A DNA stretch of 64,000 nt from a virus: the IMG/VR virus record IMGVR_UViG_3300026484_000295, positions 32,001 through 96,000 of that record. The stretch is one strand, 5' to 3'. Positions 46,705 through 56,815 of the stretch are shown here, piece by piece (the stretch's first letter is position 1; each line of letters opens with the position of its first letter). A program made the translations under genes and the position numbers. The notes beneath the pieces were generated by a model. It saw nothing but the letters and a program-made list of their open reading frames with translations, searched no databases and was not told the origin of the DNA.

Positions 46705-48975
46705 TTAGTAACCCTGAATTACATATCTTATTTGTTCGGCGTCGCCACTAGCTAATGAAATTTTTACTGTATTTACATCAATAACTTCAGTTACAACCAA
46801 ATCAAACCGCCATACAGATTCTGTAGAATCATATACCTGTACTGAGACATCAACAAATTCAGTATTAAGATTATGGGCAATAGTATATGTATCTGATGCA
46901 TCTTCTTCTGCCACTTCACCTTTAACATATCTATTTTCAATATCATTTATTTTTGTATTCACTAATGAAGCTATACCATCCAATGTATTTTTTAGTGAAT
47001 CAGCATTTAATTCAATTGTTGGATTAACTATATTTGTATCAGATTCTGTATATCCTTCATATCCAACAAAATTAGTACCATTACCAGCAGTAGTAGCAAT
47101 CAAATTATCATAATTTGTTTTAATAGTATTATCTAAAAGAATATCAGCATTAAATAATGATGTTGCACTAGAAATATAATTTGTTGTTGAATCAGCATTA
47201 TAAGTATCAGATGATAAACCAGATGCAGAATTAACATTATCAATTCTTTCTCCCAATGCATTATCATTAGAGGTTCTTATTGATATTTCATCATCGATAT
47301 TTGTTTGTAAATTTGTTTCAGCATTAGTTGCTCTCGTAACTTCATTATCAATATTTGAATCCACTTCATTGATTGCATTTACTAAAGTATCTTTTGCTTC
47401 AGTAGTTAAATTATCTAAATCGCCAACTTTACCATCTACTTGACTTTCAATATTTGTAACTCTCGAATCGATAGATGTAATATCGTCTGAATTAGTTTTA
47501 ATAGCAGAATCCAATGTTACTGTGGCATTATGAACACTTGTTGCAGATGAAATATAATTTGTTAAAGCTTCAACAACATAGGTGCCATCATCATTTAATC
47601 CTGTTCCAGTTTCAATTCTATCAATTTCAGATTGTAGTGATGTATTAGCATTAGTTCTATTTGTAACCTCATCATCAATATGAGCATCAACTTCATTGAT
47701 TGCATTTACTAAAGTATCTTTTGCATCAGTAGTTAAATCAGCTAAATCACCAGTTGCACCACCAACGTCAGACTCTAAATCAGATATTCTATCATCCAAT
47801 GCATTATCAGCATCTGTTCTAGCCGTAACTTCATTATCAATATTTGTTTGCAATGTATTATCTGCATTAGTTCTATTTGTGGTTTCATCCACTAAGTCTG
47901 AGGAAACAGTATCAATATTTGATTGTAATATATTATCCGCAGTATCAACATATTCTTCTGTTGCTATTTTTTTAAGTGTACCATTATCTTGTACTTCAAC
48001 TTGATCTAATGTTTCATTCCATTGAATTATTGTTGTTAATCCATCATTTCCTCTATCAACCTCTAATCCTGCATTTTCAGTTGGATCAACAGCACCAATA
48101 CCATCATTCAATGTTATAATATTATCAGCTACTTTTAATGTTTCAGTTTCTATTGTTGTTGTTGTACCACTTACAGTTAAATCACCATGAATAATTAAAT
48201 TATTTGAAAATGTAGTATCTGCAGCAACAGTTTGTGATGTAGAAGTCGTTTTATTTAAATAATTATTTGATAAATCATTATTAGTATCTATAATTGATTG
48301 AGTATTAGTATCAGTATTAGTATCGATTTCATTAATTGCATTTACTAATGTATCTTTTGTGTCAGTAGTTAAAGTGGTTAAATCTCCTTCTACTGATATT
48401 GCTCTAGATATTTCATTATCGATATTGGTTGTATTAGTATCAGCATTAGTATCGATTTCATTAATTGCATTTACTAATGTATCTTTTGTGTCAGTAGTTA
48501 AAGTGGTTAAATCTCCTTCTACTGATATTGCTCTAGATATTTCATTATCGATATTGGTTGTATTAGTATCAGCATTAGTATCGATTTCATTAATTGCATT
48601 TACTAATGTATCTTTTGTGTCAGTAGTTAAAGTGGTTAAATCTCCTTCTACTGATATTGCTCTAGATATTTCATTATCGATATTGGTTTGTATTGTTGTA
48701 TCTGCTGTAGTTCTATCTGATATTTCTTGAGCAATTGCATCAGTATTAGCTTGTACGTCAGCACTATTATCAATACCAATAGGTTTTATTTCAACTGATG
48801 TTCCAGCTTCATCTAAAAATCCACCTTTAAACGTTTTATCAGTATTATTAAACCATAAACGTCCAACAGACTCTACGCCTGTTAATGATGGGTCTGATGT
48901 TAAATTCTCAATTACTAGATTTGAAAACTTACTATTTTTAGCGAGTTCGGGATTATGTAATTTTATTTTAGCCAT
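46705..48975 (-). CDS. Coiled-coil fibre protein with internal repeats
   Basis: Five GDLxxLTTxxKDTLVNAINE repeats; GLEVDRG module; C-terminal HNLNT domain. Confidence 0.7.
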   Translation of the reverse strand: MAKIKLHNPELAKNSKFSNLVIENLTSDPSLTGVESVGRLWFNNTDKTFKGGFLDEAGTSVEIKPIGIDNSADVQANTDAIAQEISDRTTADTTIQTNIDNEISRAISVEGDLTTLTTDTKDTLVNAINEIDTNADTNTTNIDNEISRAISVEGDLTTLTTDTKDTLVNAINEIDTNADTNTTNIDNEISRAISVEGDLTTLTTDTKDTLVNAINEIDTNTDTNTQSIIDTNNDLSNNYLNKTTSTSQTVAADTTFSNNLIIHGDLTVSGTTTTIETETLKVADNIITLNDGIGAVDPTENAGLEVDRGNDGLTTIIQWNETLDQVEVQDNGTLKKIATEEYVDTADNILQSNIDTVSSDLVDETTNRTNADNTLQTNIDNEVTARTDADNALDDRISDLESDVGGATGDLADLTTDAKDTLVNAINEVDAHIDDEVTNRTNANTSLQSEIDRIETGTGLNDDGTYVVEALTNYISSATSVHNATVTLDSAIKTNSDDITSIDSRVTNIESQVDGKVGDLDNLTTEAKDTLVNAINEVDSNIDNEVTRATNAETNLQTNIDDEISIRTSNDNALGERIDNVNSASGLSSDTYNADSTTNYISSATSLFNADILLDNTIKTNYDNLIATTAGNGTNFVGYEGYTESDTNIVNPTIELNADSLKNTLDGIASLVNTKINDIENRYVKGEVAEEDASDTYTIAHNLNTEFVDVSVQVYDSTESVWRFDLVVTEVIDVNTVKISLASGDAEQIRYVIQGY
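48302..48688. repeat. Three near-perfect 129-bp tandem repeats (43 aa)
   Basis: Units start at 48302, 48431 and 48560; one mismatch was noticed. Confidence 0.9.
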
Positions 48976-49003
48976 TATTAAATTTCTCCATTATAATTTA
49001 TTA

Positions 49004-49450
49004 TTATTTATTAAGATGAAGAAATTTATTGATATTATAATTTAACACTTCTACTGGAGTCATTTCCAGTTTTATAGATTCAATAACTTTATCATTTTTA
49101 TCAATAATAAAAAAGGATGGAGTACCTTTCATATCATAATGTGAAGATAAATAATCAAACATTGAAATGTTTTGGCGCCATATATCCGAAATATCCTTAT
49201 CCCATATAATATCAGATGGATTTAATGGATTGTCAGATAGCAACTGTTTATATGCATTTAATGGATTTTTTGATTTAAATATTGCTTGTATGGCTAATTC
49301 ATCCATAGGACTGAATGGAGCCAATAACAATTTACGTGTCAATGGTATTTTTTCACACATATCATTTTTTTGTAGTTCTCTACAAACCGAACAATTTGGA
49401 TTGGTCACAATCAATAACGAATATTCTGTTTTTTTATCTATTACTATCAT
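49004..49450 (-). CDS. Thioredoxin-fold oxidoreductase (DsbC/G-like)
   Basis: TNPNCSVC and GTPSFF motifs; adjacent to nrdA. Confidence 0.7.
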   Translation of the reverse strand: MIVIDKKTEYSLLIVTNPNCSVCRELQKNDMCEKIPLTRKLLLAPFSPMDELAIQAIFKSKNPLNAYKQLLSDNPLNPSDIIWDKDISDIWRQNISMFDYLSSHYDMKGTPSFFIIDKNDKVIESIKLEMTPVEVLNYNINKFLHLNK

Positions 49451-49510
49451 AATTTATTCTTCCTTTTTTATATAATATTTATGATTATATATAGGAAGAA
49501 ATATATATTT

Positions 49511-51907
49511 TCACCCACTACAACTTATGCATTCCTCTTTTTCTGAAACATCAGATGAATTTTTTTGGACACTCCTAATATAATATACAGTTTTCATGTT
49601 ACGTTCCCATGCATACATCAATGTTTCATACATATATTTTGCATTTACTTCTGGTAAATTTAAATTAAATATCAATTCCATCGATATACCCGTATCTGTC
49701 CATTTTTGTATTATAGAAATTATACGCACTACATCTTTTTGGGGGATATTTTTAAATTCTTGATAGAACCACATTTTATCTTTGATAAATGGTGGCATTA
49801 TTGGTACTGCACCTTTAGAATTTTTATCAACATAAAATTTACTAAAAATTGGCAATACCGATGCCGAACACCCTTGCACTAACGATGAACTTGTATTTGG
49901 AGCTATCATATGTAGATGTGAATTTCTAATACCATATTTCTCAAGTCTATCAAAGGTTTTCATCCATCTATCTGGATTATCCGTATTTTCTTTATACCAT
50001 TGTCTATCTCTACCTAAAATTAATCCTTTAGACCACTCTGAGCCATCATATTTTGGATATTTTCCTCTTTCTTTAGCTAAATCAATCGATGCATTAATAG
50101 TATAGTAAGCTATATTCTCAAATAATTTATCAACAACTTCATCAGATTTAGTATATGCGATATTACGTTTAGCTAAATAATCAGCTAATCCCATAGAACC
50201 AACACCAATAGTTCTATATATGTTATTATGGATTTCTCCTTCTTTAATAGGAACATCAGTAAAATCTATAGCATTATCCAATAATCTTACCGCTGTTTCA
50301 CAAGCACTATGTAAATCGGCTTCATCTTCTATGTTGGCAAGATTAATACTATTCAAATTACAAGTATGTACTAGCCCTGCTTCAGTTTCTCTTATAATTT
50401 TAAATTTACCATTTTCTTCTTCAATTTTATTCTCGATCACCTTAGATGGTCTAAAATTTGAATATGATTCTTGACATAAATTACCATTACCAATCATACC
50501 ATCATGCTTATTTGGATTAGCTCTATTCATAGCATCTTTAAAAGTTAAATAAGGCATACCCGTTTCAACTTGAGTTTTCATTATAGTTTTAAATAATTCT
50601 CTTGCTTTTGTACGTCTAACTAATTTTAATACTTTATATTCATCCTCTCTTCCAGAAATTAATCCGCTATACGTAGCATCAAACTCCTCATCATATAATT
50701 CAGTTAAATCAATATCAGCCTCTTGACCAATTTTTAAAATCATCTTTTCGATTTTTCTATAAACTTTTTCAAATGTTTCACCCCAAGATTCTGCTAAATC
50801 AACATTAAGTTTTTTCTTAATTTCATAAGGATCAACCATAAACCAGTCTTGGTTCTTTTTATTTCTACGCATAAATTCATCAGGAATAACAACCTGTGGA
50901 AATATATCAAATGCCTTTGTTCGTTGATCACCATTTTCCGTTTGAAGTTCTAAAAAATCCTCAATATCCATATGCCATATATCTAATGCAACAGTACAAG
51001 CTCCAGCTCTTTTCCCTTGTTGATTAACAGCTACAACAGTATCATTAACATTTCTAATCCAGGGTACCACACCACCAGAGGCATTTGGCATTTGTCCAAT
51101 CCATGAACCTTTACAACGAATTCTAGAAACGTTTAAACCAACTCCTCCACCATTCTTAGATATTTCAGCAATTTGATCAATAACATAATAAATACTATCT
51201 CTTGAATCATCCATTGCTGCAATAAAACAACTCGATAAATTACCAAATGGTTTTCTTAAATTCATAAGCATAGGTGTGGCTAGAGATAATTTTCGTTGTG
51301 CCAATTTTTCATAAGTATCTTTAATTCTATCCAACCTTAATTCTTTTGGTTGATTTTTTTCAATTAATAATGCAGCAGTTAAAAATGCCTCTTGAGGTAA
51401 TTCCCACGGTTTAGATCCACGTGTTAATAAATATCTGTTTATCATTAAATTTGCACCAGCATAATCAAATGACATATCATAATTAACATTAAGAAATTTA
51501 CCAATAGTTTTAATCTCCGATTCATCATAATAATCTAATATCGATGATTCATACAAATTCTCTTTTATAGACTGTTTAATATGTTTTAAATAACTATCAT
51601 AACCAAATGTCTCATAACCTTTTTCAAATTTTACATCTTTATATAGATCCATAAGTTTTAGTCTTGCCGCTAAAATTCTCCAATCCGGTTCATCAATGGA
51701 AGTTAGTTGCAATGCAGTATCAATCAAATTTTCCTGTATTTCTTTAGTCGTCATGTTATTACGAAATCTCATATGAATATTTGATTCTAGTTCAATAGGA
51801 TTTACATTCAACCCATCAGCAGCCCATTCAATAACCTGTCTTATTTTTGTTATATCTAATGGGGTAATATCTCCGTTTCTCTTTACTATTTTATAATGTT
51901 TGGCCAT
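49511..51907 (-). CDS. nrdA: Ribonucleoside-diphosphate reductase alpha subunit (class Ia, ATP cone)
   Basis: VKRNG cone, ATP..N, LSSCF, GGGVG, NLCQE, CNLNS, APNTSSS, KTVYY and C-terminal CISC. Confidence 0.96.
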   Translation of the reverse strand: MAKHYKIVKRNGDITPLDITKIRQVIEWAADGLNVNPIELESNIHMRFRNNMTTKEIQENLIDTALQLTSIDEPDWRILAARLKLMDLYKDVKFEKGYETFGYDSYLKHIKQSIKENLYESSILDYYDESEIKTIGKFLNVNYDMSFDYAGANLMINRYLLTRGSKPWELPQEAFLTAALLIEKNQPKELRLDRIKDTYEKLAQRKLSLATPMLMNLRKPFGNLSSCFIAAMDDSRDSIYYVIDQIAEISKNGGGVGLNVSRIRCKGSWIGQMPNASGGVVPWIRNVNDTVVAVNQQGKRAGACTVALDIWHMDIEDFLELQTENGDQRTKAFDIFPQVVIPDEFMRRNKKNQDWFMVDPYEIKKKLNVDLAESWGETFEKVYRKIEKMILKIGQEADIDLTELYDEEFDATYSGLISGREDEYKVLKLVRRTKARELFKTIMKTQVETGMPYLTFKDAMNRANPNKHDGMIGNGNLCQESYSNFRPSKVIENKIEEENGKFKIIRETEAGLVHTCNLNSINLANIEDEADLHSACETAVRLLDNAIDFTDVPIKEGEIHNNIYRTIGVGSMGLADYLAKRNIAYTKSDEVVDKLFENIAYYTINASIDLAKERGKYPKYDGSEWSKGLILGRDRQWYKENTDNPDRWMKTFDRLEKYGIRNSHLHMIAPNTSSSLVQGCSASVLPIFSKFYVDKNSKGAVPIMPPFIKDKMWFYQEFKNIPQKDVVRIISIIQKWTDTGISMELIFNLNLPEVNAKYMYETLMYAWERNMKTVYYIRSVQKNSSDVSEKEECISCSG

Positions 51908-52068
51908 TCTTGAAATCCCTTTTAAATCTGTTATTTGTATAATATATTGGATATATTTATAGTGTTAGTTTATACTATTTTATGAAAATTTTACAATATT
52001 TTTTTTCTTTTTTAATTTATCATATTTTAGAGAATAAATAAAGAAAATATAATAAAAAAGGATTAATA

Positions 52069-53535
52069 ATGGCTTATGATAGTTCTGGATTTGCAGGCGA
52101 CATACACACAGCAGTAGGAAAATCTGATGTTGTAATGATGCATTATGAATTAAAAATTGGTACTATTGATAATAAGGGCGATTTAACATTGCTAGCTGAT
52201 ACATATTCATATAAAACTGGCACATCATTGTCCGAAATAAAGTGGGGCTTTGTTAATTCCGGTTCATTTGGTGATAAAACTGATGCAAATATAACATTTA
52301 CATTACATGATATTGCCGGTGAAACTTTCCAGAATTTTATGAAATTACAAACAGGATCATATTGGATTTATTTTAAAGGTCCAGATTCAACTGGTTCTCT
52401 TTGGTCTGGTGATGCGGCAATATATGTACCTGATAGAGAAGGTTGCTCTGTTGAATTTTCACCAACTCAAGGTTTTACATACACCTTTACTGGAAAACCT
52501 ATGTTAATGCATGCTAGATCTGAATATGTTACAAATACTGAAGAAATAGAAGTTAATGGGTGGACTGAACCAGGAACAAATTTTATGCAGTTTTTATCAG
52601 AACTTGAAACTGAATGGAATACTGCAGCAAAAAACCACAATAAATGTAATGCAAAAACAATTAAGCTTAATTTTGGAAATCCATCAAATAAATTATGGTT
52701 GACTCCAATCCATAGAGTTGAAAAAACAGAAGAAAATGTTAGAACTATTGAACCATATAAGATTGCAGCAGGTAAAACTATATCCGATGCTATCATAGAT
52801 TTCTTCAATATTATATTCTTAAACGAAAAAGGTGTAAAAAATGATAAACCCACTATTGAAGTAAATTTTGAAAAAACTGAGGGCGATATTATACATATCG
52901 ATGTTAAAATTTGGGGTCTAGAAGATGAAAAAAGTGTAATTAGTTCAGATAAAATTTGCATTGGTACCGATGATAACTGTAATGGTTCCAGATTCAGAGG
53001 ACAATTAGTTGGTATGGATTTTAAACCTCTTTTAGCACTATTAGCAACACAAGTAATTGATGAAGAACTTGCAAATACAGGAACGGGTAAAGGTTCTGCT
53101 GAAACAATAGGACAATGTTTACCAGAAAAAAATACACCTATCGAAGGTCAAACACACACTCAAGTAACTGGAGCTAATAATCCTCATGAATTTGCAGCTG
53201 ATGGATCTTGGGCAGGTATAGATACTCTTTTAAATAAACTAAAATTTCCGAAATTCGTGATTGAAGTTGAATTACCATATTCATATGGATTTACTCCAAA
53301 AATACATGGTGGTTTATTAAAAGATGCTATTGAAGGGTCAACTGGAGGAGGAATACATATTATGCAAGGAACTCAACTTGATTTCTTCTGGTATACTTCC
53401 CCAGACTGCGATAAATTAGACTTAGTGAAAGGAATTTCAAATAAATATCGTATTTCAACCGTAACACATACAATAGGTTTAAATGGTAATTCAACACAAA
53501 TTAAATTATCACACTTATATTTTGCAAACCAGTAG
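52069..53535 (+). CDS. Putative baseplate hub/tail protein (gp27-like)
   Basis: Ends YRISTVTHTIG...TQIKL, typical of hub folds; precedes the gp5-like gene. Confidence 0.5.
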   Translation: MAYDSSGFAGDIHTAVGKSDVVMMHYELKIGTIDNKGDLTLLADTYSYKTGTSLSEIKWGFVNSGSFGDKTDANITFTLHDIAGETFQNFMKLQTGSYWIYFKGPDSTGSLWSGDAAIYVPDREGCSVEFSPTQGFTYTFTGKPMLMHARSEYVTNTEEIEVNGWTEPGTNFMQFLSELETEWNTAAKNHNKCNAKTIKLNFGNPSNKLWLTPIHRVEKTEENVRTIEPYKIAAGKTISDAIIDFFNIIFLNEKGVKNDKPTIEVNFEKTEGDIIHIDVKIWGLEDEKSVISSDKICIGTDDNCNGSRFRGQLVGMDFKPLLALLATQVIDEELANTGTGKGSAETIGQCLPEKNTPIEGQTHTQVTGANNPHEFAADGSWAGIDTLLNKLKFPKFVIEVELPYSYGFTPKIHGGLLKDAIEGSTGGGIHIMQGTQLDFFWYTSPDCDKLDLVKGISNKYRISTVTHTIGLNGNSTQIKLSHLYFANQ

Positions 53536-53560
53536 AATTTTATAATAAATGGAGAAATAA

Positions 53561-55477
53561 ATGAGTACATTTGATGAAAATGGTAGAAGAGAAATAAATC
53601 GTCTTAGAAATGTCGATGGGAATGGTGTTTTTGGAATTGCAAAAGTAATTGGTCGTGCCGATCATACTAATCAAGGACGTATCAGAATTGATGTTGAAGC
53701 ATTAAAAAGGAACGTTGAAGATTCAGAACAAGTACATACTGATGCAAAAAATAAAGAGATTGAACGATATAAATGGGCCGAACTATTATCACCAATAAGA
53801 GGTGAAGGTCATGGTGTATATTGTGTTCCAGAATATGGAGATTATGTATTTTATACATATATTAATAAATTATATATTATATTAGGATCGATTAATAGTC
53901 CTAGTTTAAATTTTCCTGGAACAAATATTCCAGTTGAAGCTCAAAATATGCAAAACAACTCATTAGAATACAATTCATCCCATTGGCCTAATTTAACAAC
54001 TCGAGGACTACATTTAGCTAAACCTGTTTTAGGTGATGTATTTCAACCAGCTTCATTTCTTCATAGATGGAGAAAAAATGATCATTTAATGTACAATACA
54101 ACAAAAATTCACGATAAATGGGGTTCAGCAGCAAAATTAGTTGAACATAGATCTGCAGAAAATAATTTTTTACAGATGGTAGATATAGGAAATCATAGTA
54201 TTTCTCCTGGTACAGCTGGGAGAAATCATAAAAAATATTCCCCAGTTAGACAATCAGATTATAGAGATTTATGGGAGGGTTTTAATATAAATAAAGAGTT
54301 TTGGACTCAAAGAACTGACAAACCACCATTATCACATGAATCACAATATATTAAATTAGCAACAAATGGTCATGATTATCATGAAGAGCCACACCCAGAT
54401 ACCGGAGCCGATTTACCTGATAAAGTACGAGGTGAAATTCGTTTAGATGATAGAATAACCGATGGTACACATGAAACTTCAAAAACTTATTGTCCTATTT
54501 ATCAAACATTGAAAGTAGCAATAGGGGATGAGAGATACGTTAATGATAAAATGCCGAAAGTTCCTTGGATTGCTGGAGCACCATTTAGAAGAAAACTTAA
54601 AAAATGGATTGAAGATACTGGGGATAAATATGATCCAGAAAATCAGCATTTTAATGTAGGTCATTATTTAACTTTATCTAATACAATTTATAAACGTAGA
54701 GCAATGCTGTCTACAAAAAAAGGGCATCAACTGGTCATGTCTGATATTGATTTTGATGAAAAAGTCCTATTAAATTCATATAGAGGCAAGCATATTTATA
54801 TGGAAGATGGATTACCAGACCTTTATGATGCTATGTGGTTTGCTTCACAAAAACATCATATGTTGTTTGTTGATCATATGCAAACACCATATTTAATCGA
54901 TGATATGGGAGAAGAAAGACATAGATTATTAGATCCAAATCAAATTGACTTTTCTTCATATCAATTAATTCAAACAGAAAAATATCAAAAAATATGGCTT
55001 GCTGATAGTCCATTATGTCCAAGGATTCATGCACATACAACATCAGGACATGAATTATTATTATTAGACCATGATCAAGGGACCATTGGTCATATGCAAG
55101 CATCTAACAAAGGCAAAATACAACTAACAACCAATGATAAACAAATGCAAATTACTATGGATGTTGAAAATGGTGATATTACTATCCAAAATCATAACCT
55201 TGTAGGTAAAGGTGCTGGTGGTAAACCATTTACTGGTGATATTAGTATATATGCAGCAAACAATCTATTATTACACGCTGATAATATGATTCAAATGAGA
55301 GCAAATTTGGGTTATGATATTCAATCATCTGAAGGATCGTATAATGTAGTAGCTTGTGGTATTTCTCATTCTACTCCTTGTGGAGCCCCAACTATACCAG
55401 AAGTAATAAGACCAACGGTTTTAACAGATATTGATGTAACAGAAGGTGTATTAATAAATAAATTTGATCCAAGTTAA
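53561..55477 (+). CDS. Baseplate spike protein (gp5/VgrG OB-fold)
   Basis: D..NQGRIRI...WAELLSP..G.G.G.Y.VPEYGD.V motif; T..GH..L.D repeats; beta-helix-like C-terminus. Confidence 0.7.
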   Translation: MSTFDENGRREINRLRNVDGNGVFGIAKVIGRADHTNQGRIRIDVEALKRNVEDSEQVHTDAKNKEIERYKWAELLSPIRGEGHGVYCVPEYGDYVFYTYINKLYIILGSINSPSLNFPGTNIPVEAQNMQNNSLEYNSSHWPNLTTRGLHLAKPVLGDVFQPASFLHRWRKNDHLMYNTTKIHDKWGSAAKLVEHRSAENNFLQMVDIGNHSISPGTAGRNHKKYSPVRQSDYRDLWEGFNINKEFWTQRTDKPPLSHESQYIKLATNGHDYHEEPHPDTGADLPDKVRGEIRLDDRITDGTHETSKTYCPIYQTLKVAIGDERYVNDKMPKVPWIAGAPFRRKLKKWIEDTGDKYDPENQHFNVGHYLTLSNTIYKRRAMLSTKKGHQLVMSDIDFDEKVLLNSYRGKHIYMEDGLPDLYDAMWFASQKHHMLFVDHMQTPYLIDDMGEERHRLLDPNQIDFSSYQLIQTEKYQKIWLADSPLCPRIHAHTTSGHELLLLDHDQGTIGHMQASNKGKIQLTTNDKQMQITMDVENGDITIQNHNLVGKGAGGKPFTGDISIYAANNLLLHADNMIQMRANLGYDIQSSEGSYNVVACGISHSTPCGAPTIPEVIRPTVLTDIDVTEGVLINKFDPS

Positions 55478-55492
55478 AAAAAGGAGTTAAAA

Positions 55493-55915
55493 ATGGCTGC
55501 AAATCCAATCGATATGAGTCCAGTACCACCACAAGCTAATAATAATCATAGAATTATTCAACTGCCACAAGATTTCGGTGATGGTGGAGGACAAAGAACA
55601 CAAATCATTACTATGCAAGGGCATGAAATAATTATGTTAGACTCTCCAAGTGGTAGGAGTAAAATTCAAATAACTACGAGTGATGGTTCACAACAATTAA
55701 TCTTAGATGAAATGAATAAGACATTTTATATTGGTGTTGCTGATGCAGATACAAAAATAGTAATAGAAAGTGATGCTAAAATTGAGATACGCTCTAGACA
55801 AGATATTTTTGTTGATGCACCAAATATAAACTTTAATTGTGAAGACTTTGATGTTCAAAAAGACCAACAACCTTCACACCCACCAACAACACCAAAAGAT
55901 ATGGGTTATGAATAA
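55493..55915 (+). CDS. gp5 C-terminal-like spike-associated protein
   Basis: TMQGHEIIMLD..KIQITT repeats paralogous to the upstream gene. Confidence 0.55.
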   Translation: MAANPIDMSPVPPQANNNHRIIQLPQDFGDGGGQRTQIITMQGHEIIMLDSPSGRSKIQITTSDGSQQLILDEMNKTFYIGVADADTKIVIESDAKIEIRSRQDIFVDAPNINFNCEDFDVQKDQQPSHPPTTPKDMGYE

Positions 55916-56777
55916 TTTAGAAATTTTAATCACTCAATTATTAGAAAATGATGAATTTGCTTTGATACCATTTAATAAAAATATTGATGTCGAACTAAAA
56001 TTTTATTTTGATTTTTTTATCAATTTAAAAACGGATTTATTATTACGTAATTTATTAAAATACCAGGATCATAATAATTTTGATAAAGCTTTAAATATAA
56101 TAATTCACTATAAAGATAAAATTTCGGATAGTAATATAATTTTAGATTTTAAAACTTTTTTAATAATTAAAGATATATTTACAAAAAATAAACAGTTTGA
56201 ATATGAGTGTACTTTCTATAAAGAAATTACTAAGCAAGTTGTAGCTGGTGAAATATTATTCATCGATAATAAATTATTAGATTTTATATATAATAATGAT
56301 ATTGACAATTATATAAAAATAGCATTAAAACTGGATATAAATGATGCAATAAATAAAATTTTTGATAAAGACAAATATAAAATATTTAATTGGTTAAATA
56401 ATCATCCTAATAAATTTACCGAATTAAAAAAATTAAATCAACCATATTTTATTCTTACCAATATGAATAGTAGATTAGATATAAATGATGAAACATTAAA
56501 ATATTTCTTTGAAGTTGCTCCAATAGATATTTCACTATATAAAAACCTACGCCAGAATTTATCATTGGAAATCATATATAAATATAGTAAAAATAAGGTT
56601 TCAGATGAATTTATTTTTGAACTCGTCGAAACCTTTGACGATATAGTTTTTATTTTAAACTTAAATAATTTAAATCTAAATACTCTAAATTCCTTTATGA
56701 ATAAGATTAAAAATGATTTTCCACATGTTTACAATAATCTTAATTCTTTATTACTTATGAAAAAGGAAATTCTCTAA
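55908..56777 (+). CDS. Hypothetical protein
   Basis: Long ORF; the ATG at 55908 overlapping the upstream stop is the preferred start. Confidence 0.6.
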   Translation: MNNLEILITQLLENDEFALIPFNKNIDVELKFYFDFFINLKTDLLLRNLLKYQDHNNFDKALNIIIHYKDKISDSNIILDFKTFLIIKDIFTKNKQFEYECTFYKEITKQVVAGEILFIDNKLLDFIYNNDIDNYIKIALKLDINDAINKIFDKDKYKIFNWLNNHPNKFTELKKLNQPYFILTNMNSRLDINDETLKYFFEVAPIDISLYKNLRQNLSLEIIYKYSKNKVSDEFIFELVETFDDIVFILNLNNLNLNTLNSFMNKIKNDFPHVYNNLNSLLLMKKEIL

Positions 56778-56815
56778 TAAATAAATAAAAAATATATTAG
56801 AGATGGAGAAATGAT

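Noticed and set aside
49511-51907. Intein or intron in nrdA
   Set aside because: The frame is continuous at normal length with only a short acidic insertion, and no splice-junction motifs were seen.
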